A stretch of DNA of 63,824 nucleotides, counting the filler, from Thermoplasmatota archaeon (lineage in GTDB: Archaea; Thermoplasmatota; E2; JACPAO01; JAHFTW01), in NCBI GenBank assembly GCA_041623215.1. It is 5 parts of 5 records of this genome, joined end to end, with 100 filler letters (N's around TTAATTAATTAA, not from the genome) between each part and the next. Parts side by side here need not be neighbours in the genome. Positions count along the whole stretch, not along the records: positions 27,868 to 41,408 come from JBFJXH010000043.1; positions 41,509 to 55,006 come from JBFJXH010000044.1; 3 more parts are not named here. The stretch is one strand, 5' to 3'. Below are positions 40,559 to 49,667 of the stretch, in pieces. Under the pieces are notes generated by a model. The model was not told where the DNA came from. It searched no databases and saw only the letters and a list, made by a program, of their open reading frames with translations. A program made the translations under genes and the position numbers. Position 1 is the stretch's first letter, and each line of letters starts with the position of its first letter.

Positions 40559-41251
40559 GTGCCAACGTCGTCGGTCGTGGAAAGTCGCCGCGTCTACACG
40601 AGCTTTCAGCAGTTTGGGGGCCAGCCGATGCCCGTGTGGAAGCCGCTTGGTACCTACGGCCTGCTTGGCGCCATGGCGGGCGTCTTCATTTTGCAATGGG
40701 TGACGATTCTCGCTGCCGGGGGCGATGTTCGCTGGCACTCATTCCTGTGGACCGTGGCGCCCGACTGGCCGTTTCGCCCTTGGTCTCCTTTCACCAGCAC
40801 CCTCGCGCATTCGCCGGCAAACTTCACGCACATCCTGTTCAATGGCTTGATGCTGTACTTCTTTGGCCCCATCCTTGAGCAATTGGTTGGTACGCGACGG
40901 TTTGTGGTCACCTTCATGATTGCCGGCGCGGTATCGGGCGTGGGTCAGGTCATGATTACGGGAGGCGGGGCCCTTGGCGCCTCGGGTGCCATCATGATGG
41001 TCATGGGCGCCCTCGCAGTTGTTATGCCGAAGCAGCAGCTACTGTTGTTTGGCATCATTCCCATGCCGTTTTGGCTTGCCACCGCAGGCTACGCCGCCAT
41101 GGATTTGATTGGCGCCCTCGGTCCCGCGGACGGCATTGGACACATTGCTCACTTGGCCGGGCTTGCCATTGGGCTGTGGATTGGCAGCCGCATTCGGGCA
41201 CAGCGTCAAAGCACAGCGTCGAACCAGGGGCGGCGCCCGCCCATCTGGTGA
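40559..41251 (+). CDS. Rhomboid intramembrane serine protease
   Basis: PW...TS...H, HILFN, GASGAI, AHLAG. Confidence 0.93.
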   Translation: MPTSSVVESRRVYTSFQQFGGQPMPVWKPLGTYGLLGAMAGVFILQWVTILAAGGDVRWHSFLWTVAPDWPFRPWSPFTSTLAHSPANFTHILFNGLMLYFFGPILEQLVGTRRFVVTFMIAGAVSGVGQVMITGGGALGASGAIMMVMGALAVVMPKQQLLLFGIIPMPFWLATAGYAAMDLIGALGPADGIGHIAHLAGLAIGLWIGSRIRAQRQSTASNQGRRPPIW

Positions 41252-41325
41252 GGCCGGCGTCCAGGGGTGGACCCGGGCCACCCTGGTTCTGGTGGCCTTT
41301 TTAGCAGGTTCATCGGTGGAACGTC

Positions 41326-41408
41326 GTGGCGTGGACCAGCATCGTCCATGCATTGTGGCTGTTCCTGCCGGTCTATGTGGCCAACATGAGTCCCGTGTTC
41401 ACGGCCAA
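41326..41408 (+). CDS. carS: CDP-archaeol synthase N-terminus (truncated; absent from ORF track)
   Basis: GTG start, VAWTSIVHALWLFLPVYVANMSPVFTA matches the CarS 'lw..lPaYvAN..Pv' N-terminal motif. Confidence 0.7.
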
Positions 41409-41508
41409 NNNNNNNNNNNNNNNNNNNNNNNNNNNNNNNNNNNNNNNNNNNNTTAATTAATTAANNNNNNNNNNNNNNNNNNNNNNNNNNNNNNNNNNNN
41501 NNNNNNNN
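41409..41508. other. Artificial contig linker
   Basis: N44-TTAATTAATTAA-N44. Confidence 0.99.
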
Positions 41509-42718
41509 GGGCGGGTTCCACGAGGCCTTCCACAGTTGCCAGGATGCCTTGCATGTCCGCAGGCCAATTCATTGAGCGTTCACGAAAGGGTCGAAGGATG
41601 AGTCGAAGGAGCGCCTGAGCCAACCATGCCGGGTGAACGTCGCCGTAACCGTCCAAGAATGCATTCGCGTGTTCGTTGCCGTGGGTTTCTTGGCCGTTCA
41701 GTTGACGGCAAGCCAGGTGCGCCCACCAACTGCCGACGTCCAAGCCGGCTGGCCCCATGCCCTGCTGGTCCAAGTCCAGCAGGTGGAGACCGTTGTCGCC
41801 AACGAGCACTTGGTCTGCGTGCAGGTCGCCGTGCAGGTTTACCTGGGGGTCAGCCGGAAGCGCCGCAAGCACTCCAGCAACGGCGGCGGCAGCCCGATGC
41901 CCCAACGATGGGGCAAGGGCCCCAACTTGCTCCGCGATGGCGAGGAGTGCAGGGGCAACCGGCGGTACAGGTGGCGCGTTGGGCCGAGGGGCAAGCCCGT
42001 GCATCTTGGCCACCTGCTCCCCCAAGAAACGATGGTCATCGCTGCTGGCCGGCCGCTTCCCGTCAACCCATGGATAGCAAAAGGCGGCCCGCTTTCGGCT
42101 GGTCTTTTGCTGACGAAGCGCCTCGAACGGGCCGCCATCGAAGCGCGGTGCGCGATGGATGCGCAGGAATTGGCTTCGACTGTGGGCCTTGACCAGGTGG
42201 TCTACTCCATGTCGGTCGGTGACCTGTAGTACTGCGCGACGCCCCGGCTTGTAACGCAAGACCTTGACCCCGCCTTCGGCCGACTCTAGGTCCAGGTGGT
42301 CCAGCAACGCTTGCGGTGACGTGCGTCGATGCCACGATTTCAATCCGGGGACTCTCCGGTCACTGGGAAACCAGGCCCAGACAACGCCATCCTGTTGCCA
42401 CGCGGCATCGGGCCCGCCCCTGCGGCCCGGCTCGGCAAGCTGCGATTTCACGTTGCCTGCCTCCATCGTCTTGGCGCGCTTATCCGGATCACGGTGGGTT
42501 TGCCCCGTCAGAATGCGCCCATCAAATTCGCCGCCAAGTACCCGGAAGGCTGCCGTCGCGCCGGTTTTCGGTTTGAAACGCAAGTAGGTCAACTCAAGCG
42601 AGGGAACCTCCCAGCCAGCGCTTCGCACCGAGGAAGCCGCAAGCTTAGAATCAAACAGCACGCGAAGTGCCGGGGCGTTGACCTCCCCCCTCAACAGCTC
42701 CTCATCAGCCCGGTTCAT
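41509..42718 (-). CDS. Aminoglycoside-phosphotransferase-like kinase, 3'-truncated
   Basis: YLRFKP, FP.D...PGL, LRYKPGRRAVL, HGDLHADQ, LLDLD. Confidence 0.85.
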
Positions 42719-44460
42719 GGGATGGTGCCGCCTTCACGAATTTGGCCTGCCTCCAGGTGGACAACCCGACCCGCCAATTCGGCTAGCCGCTCATCGTGTG
42801 TGACAATCAGCGTGGTCCGTCCCTGCATGAGGTGACGCAGGCCGGCCCTGACTTCGCCTTCACTGGCTGCATCAAGCCCAGTCGTGGGTTCATCCAGCAG
42901 GAGGATCCGTGCATCGCGCACATAGGCACGGGCCATCGCGATGCGTTGACGTTGGCCGTGGCTGAGCGTGGCACCTCGCTCGCCCGGAATTGTATCGTAA
43001 CCTTCTGGGAAAGCCATGATGAAATCGTGCGCCTGGGCCCGGCGGGCAGCGTCTTCGATTTGCTCCTGGGTTACGCCCGTCATGCCGAAGGAAATGTTCT
43101 CGGCAAGGGTTGTGGTAAAGAGCATCAGGTCCTGCTGGACGATGCCGAGGCTTGCTCGCAGACTATCTTGTTGGAACTCACGGATGTCGTGGCCATCAAT
43201 CGTCACCACACCTTGGTCGGGGTCCTGGAACCGAAGCAGCATGGACACCATGGTGGATTTGCCGGTCCCACTTGGCCCAAGCACGGCAATGCTCGACCCC
43301 GCCGGCACTTGGAGATTTACGCCTTGGAGTACGGGTTGCTCGCCGTAGGCAAAATGCACGTCCGAAAATTGCAGGTCACCGCGAAACGGCGGGGCGGGTT
43401 TGGCATCGGGTGCATCCGCCACGGTCACATCCGTTTCAAGAATCTCAAGAACGCGCTCTCCCGCGGCGGTTGCCTTGGCAAGGCGGGCCGTGTACTTGGC
43501 CGAGTCCCGCATCGGCCGGAAGGAGGTCTTGAGGTAGGCCAAGAAGACCAGCAAGTCACCGGGGCTCATTTGGCCATCCAACACCAGCCTTGCACCATAC
43601 ACCAAGACCAAGCCCGTGCTGAGGGCCACCAGGACATCGACCGTGCGTTCCAGCCGCGCTGCCAGCCGCTTGCCTTTGACCCCTTCCTTGAGGCTTCGCT
43701 CATTTGCGTCGGCAAACTTCGCCGCGAACGTATCCTTGGCGTTCAGGGCCTGGACTTCGTGAATCGCTGCCATCGACTCAGCCGTGGTACTGGCAAGCGC
43801 GCCTTCGCGCTGGCGCTGCTCGCGGGCAACTTGGTGGATGCGGCCCCCGAGTTGTAGACTGGTGGCAAGAAAGAGCGGGAGTACGGAGAACGCGACGAGG
43901 GCGAGGCGCCAATCAATCCAGAGCATGACACTCAGCATGCCAACCAGCACCAGCGTATTCGCGGCCATGGGTAAGGCCGCCGTCACAGCGACCTCCTTGA
44001 GCATGCCAATGTCCCCCACGACGCGAACCGTCAAGTCGCCACCCCGGGCGTTGCGGTGGTACGCCATGCTCAGGCGCTGCAAGTGAGCATACAGATCCTG
44101 CCGCACGGCGGTCACCACCCTGTTGCCGACAAGGGCAAAGGCCACCGTTGCCAGGTACTTGGCCAAGGCTGTTAGGCCAACAAATGTCACCAACGCCAGG
44201 GCCGCCAGCCCGAGTACTTGGTTCACGGGGCGCCCATCAACGAACGGCACGGCGATGCCGCCCGCTCCGTCGGTCAGCACGTAGTCAAAGACGACCTTGA
44301 GCGGCCAAGGCTCCAAGATGCGCAAGAACACCTGCGCCAGCACCGCCGCAATTCCGCCCGCCACGAGGCCCTTGTGCGGCCCCATGTAGGGGCTGAAGCG
44401 CGCCACGACGCGGCCAAACCCGACCAGTGTTTCTTTGAGCTTGGTTGGTCGCCGCGCCAT
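42715..44460 (-). CDS. ABC exporter, fused permease/ATPase (MsbA-like)
   Basis: LEPWPLK TM domain, GPSGTGKST, LSHGQRQR, LLLDEPT. Confidence 0.94.
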   Translation of the reverse strand: MARRPTKLKETLVGFGRVVARFSPYMGPHKGLVAGGIAAVLAQVFLRILEPWPLKVVFDYVLTDGAGGIAVPFVDGRPVNQVLGLAALALVTFVGLTALAKYLATVAFALVGNRVVTAVRQDLYAHLQRLSMAYHRNARGGDLTVRVVGDIGMLKEVAVTAALPMAANTLVLVGMLSVMLWIDWRLALVAFSVLPLFLATSLQLGGRIHQVAREQRQREGALASTTAESMAAIHEVQALNAKDTFAAKFADANERSLKEGVKGKRLAARLERTVDVLVALSTGLVLVYGARLVLDGQMSPGDLLVFLAYLKTSFRPMRDSAKYTARLAKATAAGERVLEILETDVTVADAPDAKPAPPFRGDLQFSDVHFAYGEQPVLQGVNLQVPAGSSIAVLGPSGTGKSTMVSMLLRFQDPDQGVVTIDGHDIREFQQDSLRASLGIVQQDLMLFTTTLAENISFGMTGVTQEQIEDAARRAQAHDFIMAFPEGYDTIPGERGATLSHGQRQRIAMARAYVRDARILLLDEPTTGLDAASEGEVRAGLRHLMQGRTTLIVTHDERLAELAGRVVHLEAGQIREGGTIP

Positions 44461-45575
44461 CAGTTGACCTCCACCCGTCCGACAAGGGTCAGGACCTTGT
44501 TGGCCACGTGACTCCACGTGTGATGGTCCAGCACATGCTGGCGGCCGGCGGCACCCATCGCCTGGCGCTCGGCCGCAGGCATGCGAGCAACGGCAAGAAG
44601 CGCGGCCGCCAACGAAGGAGCGTCTGGGGCGGCCACAAACCCGGCCGCTTCAGGCACCATACTTCGTAAGTCGCCAACGTCCGTGGCAACAACGGGCACC
44701 CCGGCCATCATGTAGTCAAGAATTTTGAGCGGACTGAAGTAGAAGGGTCCGCCCGGATACGGCGCAACCCCTACGTCCATGCGTGCCACATAATGGGCTA
44801 CTTGCTGCGGCTCAACAGTACCGACGTGCTCAACATCTGGGACCCCGTCCAGTTCCACTGCTGCCGGCCCGTCGCCCACAATTAAGAGCCGGGCGGGAAG
44901 ATGTTGCCGCAAGAGTTGCATGGCTTCGACCAAGAGGTCGATACCATGCCACGGGCGTAGGGTTCCCACGAATCCCACCGTGAACGTTGCATCCGGTGCG
45001 CGGTCCGCCGCGACTGGCTGCGCCGTGGCGGCGAATCGGTCTGGGTCCACGCCATTGCCAATGACGTGAACGTCCGCTGGCTGTGCCCCGAGCGCGACAC
45101 AGGCCTCGGCAACGGCCGCGCTGACGGCGACGACGACGCTTGCCACCTCGTGGGCTTCCCGCGCCACGCCCCTAGCTGCGGCTGCCTCGTGCGCGTCCAG
45201 GCCACGATGCTTGGCAGCCTCCTCCACCAAGGGAGCATTGACCTCCAGCACTCCCGGAACCCCCGCGCCGTTGGCCCAACGCATGGCACTACTAGACCAC
45301 AATGCATGACGCTCGTAGACCAAGTCAGGTTGCAAGTCGTTCAAGAGGCCCGGCAACGCCTCGTCGGCGGTCGAAGGGGCCTCGGCCGAGGGCACGGGCA
45401 ACGCGTGGACATGAACACCGGCAAGCGGTTTTCCTGGGCCTTGCCGCGTGGTAATGAGATGCACCTCGTGCCCGTCGGCGCAAAACGCCTTGAGCATGCC
45501 TTGCACGTGAATACTCGCCCCCTTCGTCCCAAAGGCTGGGACGCCCCGGTCCGTGTTCACGTAGACGATTCGGAT
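44460..45575 (-). CDS. Glycosyltransferase family 4; start codon ambiguous (ATC at 45575 or GTG at 45560)
   Basis: RIVYVNTD.GVP.FG.KGAS.HV, LEVNAPL.EE, GFVGTLRPWHG, YFSPLK..DYM..G.PVV. Confidence 0.88.
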   Translation of the reverse strand: MRIVYVNTDRGVPAFGTKGASIHVQGMLKAFCADGHEVHLITTRQGPGKPLAGVHVHALPVPSAEAPSTADEALPGLLNDLQPDLVYERHALWSSSAMRWANGAGVPGVLEVNAPLVEEAAKHRGLDAHEAAAARGVAREAHEVASVVVAVSAAVAEACVALGAQPADVHVIGNGVDPDRFAATAQPVAADRAPDATFTVGFVGTLRPWHGIDLLVEAMQLLRQHLPARLLIVGDGPAAVELDGVPDVEHVGTVEPQQVAHYVARMDVGVAPYPGGPFYFSPLKILDYMMAGVPVVATDVGDLRSMVPEAAGFVAAPDAPSLAAALLAVARMPAAERQAMGAAGRQHVLDHHTWSHVANKVLTLVGRVEVN

Positions 45576-46756
45576 GTTTGCACCCCCAGGAGTTGACGCA
45601 GTTTTGCTGCATTGCGATGAATATCGAAATCTGCCTCGATGCGGCGGCGCGCAGCAAGGGCGATGCGGTCGCAAAGTTCGGCATCGTCTAGCAACTTGGC
45701 CAGCGCCTTGGCCAAAGCGACGGCGTCGTTTTCTGGCACCAGCAGACCGGTGTCGCCATCCGTGATGGCCTCGGGAATGCCGGTCACCGGTGTGGCAATG
45801 CATGGGGTCCCAAGCGCCATGGATTCCAATAGCACGGTTGGCAATCCGTCGCGGTTGCCATCCTCACCGACGATGCAGGGGGCGGCAAAGCAGGTGGCGT
45901 TGCAAAGGGCGCCACGCAGCTGTTCGTCAGGGAGGGCCCCCGTAAGGTGCACAACGCTCTGTAGGCCTGCGGCCGCGATGCGGTTTGCGAGGAGTTTTTC
46001 CTGGTCTCCGGTGCCAATGATTTGGCACGTGAAGTTGCGCCCCTCGGAGGCCAACAACTCGCACGCGTCAATGAGAACCCCAAAGCCCTTCTTTTCCACA
46101 AGCCGGCCAACCGCAACGATGGCCGGCGGGCCGTTCGAGTTGGCCGTCAAAGCAGGCTGGAAGGGGAACCGTTCGAGGTCGAGTCCATTGTAGAGGCGCA
46201 CGAGATTGTCGCGTGCGCCGAGGCGCCGCGTCAGGTCCTGCACGTTGTAGTCGCTGACCGTAATTACCTGGGATGCGGCCGCAAATAGATTGGCCAGGTT
46301 TTCGTCATCAACAGACTCATGAAAGATGTCCTTGGCGTGGCAGGTAAGACTGAAGGGGATGCCGGCCAGGGCTGCGGCAACGCGCGCTACCGTGGCGGCG
46401 CTGGTGGCAAAGTGGGCATGCAAATGCGTGATGCCGCGTGCAGCCACCTCCTGGGCAAGATGGACGGCTTGGGCAATGTCCCGGGCAGGTGCATCGCGCA
46501 CCGGCTCCAGGGCACGCCACTGGTCGCCACTAAGGGCGGCCAACCGAGGCCAGATTTGGCTCGCTTTGAGCGCCTCATCGAGGTACGTGACTGGCGCCCG
46601 AACACGGCCGATGGCCGCCTGGAAATGGCTGTCGATGCTTGGTCGAAGCGCAAAAATGGCAACTTCTTGCCCTGCATCCTCATGGGCAAGGATTTCGTTG
46701 ACGATGAAGGTTTCACTGAAGCGAGGGTAGCGCTTGACCACGTAGCCAAGTGTCAT
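45557..46756 (-). CDS. Glycosyltransferase family 4
   Basis: YVVKRYPRFSETFIVNEI, HLHAHFA, VGRLVEKKG, DGLPTVLLESMA. Confidence 0.93.
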   Translation of the reverse strand: MTLGYVVKRYPRFSETFIVNEILAHEDAGQEVAIFALRPSIDSHFQAAIGRVRAPVTYLDEALKASQIWPRLAALSGDQWRALEPVRDAPARDIAQAVHLAQEVAARGITHLHAHFATSAATVARVAAALAGIPFSLTCHAKDIFHESVDDENLANLFAAASQVITVSDYNVQDLTRRLGARDNLVRLYNGLDLERFPFQPALTANSNGPPAIVAVGRLVEKKGFGVLIDACELLASEGRNFTCQIIGTGDQEKLLANRIAAAGLQSVVHLTGALPDEQLRGALCNATCFAAPCIVGEDGNRDGLPTVLLESMALGTPCIATPVTGIPEAITDGDTGLLVPENDAVALAKALAKLLDDAELCDRIALAARRRIEADFDIHRNAAKLRQLLGVQTSESST

Positions 46757-47910
46757 AGTTTCTCCAGGATGGCGGCCGTTCGATCCGCCCCACCGATGTC
46801 GATGGGTGAAGTACCATTGGATTTCTTGAGCAGCGCCGCCTCAATACTAGCTCGAAGCTGGTTGACATCCCCATCACAGACCGCAATGAATCCCCGGTCG
46901 GCAAAGGTGTTGGCTCGAATGGCTTGCTCCTTGCGCGGCGTCGTGCGCGGAACGCAAATGGTGGGCGTGCCGGCAGACACCGATTCCACGAGTGTATTGT
47001 AACCGCCCATGCAAACGACGACGTCCGCTTCAGAAATCCTACGGCGCATGTTGGGTTCAAACGTCGCAAGCGTGGCCCCCACCTCGCGAGCGGCAGCGTC
47101 AATGGCTTCATCCGTGGGTGCGAGCGGACCCGTAATGGCATGGACTTGCCATGGGGCTCCGCGACTGGCCTCCAGCGCAGCCGCAATGACCGGCAAGCCA
47201 TCTTCGCCGCCACCGGTGGTTACAAGCACCTGCGGCCGAGATTGCTGCTCCAATCCTTCCGACTCCGTCCCACCGGACGCCTTCGCCGGGTCCTCGCGCG
47301 CCTCATCATGCAGGACGTAGCCCGTGAACTCAAGGCGGCCTGGAATCTCCGCGTGCGAAGCGAACGCCGCACTCGTGTCAAAGACATCCCGGTCGCCGTA
47401 GACAAGGAGGCAGTCGTAGGCGGCCAAGGCTTCCCGATTCTCGGGCGTGCCGTATTCGCGCAGGACTGCGGCCGCATCGTCAAGGACGTCCCGAAGGCCC
47501 AAGGCAGTTCGCCCGCCCCTTGCACGTTGCACCGCCAGCGCCTCCGCCAATTCTGCGTGCAGACCAAGAGGATGTTTGTCCGCAAGAAGCACATCTGGCT
47601 CGAAGGCATCCACTTCCTTGGCCAAGAGCTTAGCTCGAAGCCGCAGGACCTCATCCAGACTGAAGCCCGACGCGCGGCTTTGGTAGCTAGCACCATCCTT
47701 GCGAATGGGTGGCAGGTGAACCATCCGGACCCCTGGTGGCACGCCGAGGTCGTCGGCCATGGCAATGCCGCTTGCCACGACCACATCGGCGCTTGGGTCC
47801 CGGCTCCGAAGCGCCCCTGCAATGGCAAGGTTCCGCCGGGTATGCCCGAGCCCCGCCCCATCGTGGCTATACAGGAAGTAGCGGCGCCTGGCATCCGTTG
47901 CGGAACTCAC
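46753..47910 (-). CDS. Predicted GT-B glycosyltransferase (COG4671-like)
   Basis: YSHDGAGLGHTRRN, LGLRDVLD, VTTGGGEDG, VCMGGYNT, VPR..PRKEQ. Confidence 0.9.
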   Translation of the reverse strand: MSSATDARRRYFLYSHDGAGLGHTRRNLAIAGALRSRDPSADVVVASGIAMADDLGVPPGVRMVHLPPIRKDGASYQSRASGFSLDEVLRLRAKLLAKEVDAFEPDVLLADKHPLGLHAELAEALAVQRARGGRTALGLRDVLDDAAAVLREYGTPENREALAAYDCLLVYGDRDVFDTSAAFASHAEIPGRLEFTGYVLHDEAREDPAKASGGTESEGLEQQSRPQVLVTTGGGEDGLPVIAAALEASRGAPWQVHAITGPLAPTDEAIDAAAREVGATLATFEPNMRRRISEADVVVCMGGYNTLVESVSAGTPTICVPRTTPRKEQAIRANTFADRGFIAVCDGDVNQLRASIEAALLKKSNGTSPIDIGGADRTAAILEKL

Positions 47911-48032
47911 GGTAGCGTAGGACGGCGACCCGACCCACTTGAAGGTAGCGCAGTCGGCAAGTCGTGCCAGCGCCACCTCATCGGGCGTCCGTCGTCGTGC
48001 AGCCTAAGAGCCACCGGCGGGTGCGCCCGGTT

Positions 48033-49601
48033 GTGACGACGGCACCGCCAGCAGCGCACACCTCGGCCAGCGGCATCCCCATGCCCGAGCATCCCGGTGG
48101 CGCGGGCGCCCCTGGCTCCTACCCCTTCACCGGCGGGTTGTATGCCACAGGCTACACCGAACGCCTGTGGACCATGCGCCAATACGCCGGCGAGGCCACA
48201 GCGCAAGAAACCAATGAGCGATTCCGCTTCTTGCTGGCATCGGGGCAGACCGGCTTGTCGGTTGCCTTTGACTTACCCACCCAGATTGGCTTGGACCCGG
48301 ATGACCCCATGGCAGAGGACGATGTTGGCAAGGTGGGGGTGTCCGTGGCAACGGTGCACGACATGGAAGTAATGTTTGACCGCATCCCCCTGGACTCCGT
48401 CTCCACCAGCATGACCATCAACGCAACAGCCCCGGTGATGCTGGCAATGTATCTTGCGGTCGCAAAGAAACAAGGGGTGCCTTGGGAGGCACTGCGGGGC
48501 ACCCTGCAAAATGATCTTCTGAAGGAATTCGTGGCGCGCGGCACCTATCGCTTTCCCATCGAACACTCCATGCGCTTGGCGACAGACCTGATTACATTCT
48601 GTGCCAAGGAAGTGCCGCGCTTCAACGCCATTAGCGTGTCCGGCTACCACATGCGAGAGGCAGGGTGCGATGCCATAGAAGAAGCGGCCTTTGCCGTGGC
48701 ATTCGGCAAGGCGTACCTCGACCGGTGCATAGAGCGTGGCCTCTCCGTCGACGACGTTGCCCCACGGATGAGTTGGATTTTCAATACACACAATGACATT
48801 TTGGAGGAAGTGGCCAAGTACCGGGCGCTACGAACCATTTGGGCCACGACAGTCAAGGAAGAATACGGCGCCCAGAATCCAAAGTCTTGGATGCTGCGAA
48901 CCCACACTCAAACAGGCGGCAGCACGTTGCCGGCCCAACAGCCCGAAAACAACATCGCGCGCGCCGCGCTGCAGGCCTTAGCGGCGGCGCTAGGTGGCGT
49001 TCAATCCATGGCCTTGTCCTGCTACGATGAGGCCATCGCCATCCCGACGCGCAAGGCGCAGCAGATTGCCTTGCGAACGCAACAAATCATTGCCCACGAG
49101 TCTGGCATCACGGCCGCGCCCGACCCCCTGGCAGGCTCCTACGTGGTCGAGCACCTGACCCAAGCCATCATTGCTGGCGCGACGGGGCTCTTGGCAGAAG
49201 TCAAAGCCCAGGGTGGGGCAGAAGCGGCGGTGGCAAGTGAATGGATGCAGGCACGCATTGCAGCCGCCGCCGACCGGCACCGGCAAGCCCAGGAAGCGGG
49301 TGAGGAGGTCATCGTAGGCGTCAATCGCTTCACGGAGGACGTGTCGTCCGACCCGCCGCCCCGGTTCGAGTTGGCCACCGACGCCCACATTGAGGCCAGC
49401 AAGCGCTTGGCAGCGATTCGTGCAGCCCGCGATGAAGCGGCGTGCCAGGAAGCCTTAGCCAGCCTTCAAGAAGCGGCCAAAGGGACGAACAACTTGGTCC
49501 CCCTGATTTTGGCTGCGGTGGAAGCGGAGGCCAGCGTAGGAGAAGTGATGGGTGCCCTCGAAGCGGTCTGGGGCCAGGCAACAGCGAGCACGCTGGTTTG
49601 A
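48033..49601 (+). CDS. Methylmalonyl-CoA mutase large (substrate-binding) subunit
   Basis: WTMRQYAG (Tyr typical of MCM), GLSVAFDLPTQ, STSMTIN, GTLQNDLLKE..ARG, SGYHMREAG. Confidence 0.93.
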   Translation: MTTAPPAAHTSASGIPMPEHPGGAGAPGSYPFTGGLYATGYTERLWTMRQYAGEATAQETNERFRFLLASGQTGLSVAFDLPTQIGLDPDDPMAEDDVGKVGVSVATVHDMEVMFDRIPLDSVSTSMTINATAPVMLAMYLAVAKKQGVPWEALRGTLQNDLLKEFVARGTYRFPIEHSMRLATDLITFCAKEVPRFNAISVSGYHMREAGCDAIEEAAFAVAFGKAYLDRCIERGLSVDDVAPRMSWIFNTHNDILEEVAKYRALRTIWATTVKEEYGAQNPKSWMLRTHTQTGGSTLPAQQPENNIARAALQALAAALGGVQSMALSCYDEAIAIPTRKAQQIALRTQQIIAHESGITAAPDPLAGSYVVEHLTQAIIAGATGLLAEVKAQGGAEAAVASEWMQARIAAAADRHRQAQEAGEEVIVGVNRFTEDVSSDPPPRFELATDAHIEASKRLAAIRAARDEAACQEALASLQEAAKGTNNLVPLILAAVEAEASVGEVMGALEAVWGQATASTLV

Positions 49602-49667
49602 GGCGCCCAGCCAACAGCACGGGTAGCATCCGACAAGCGTCAAATAACGGGTTTACGACACGAAAGC

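Noticed and set aside
23321..49601. Apparent clustering of mutase small subunit/meaB/mce with the large subunit
   Set aside because: They lie on different contigs separated by linkers, so physical linkage cannot be inferred
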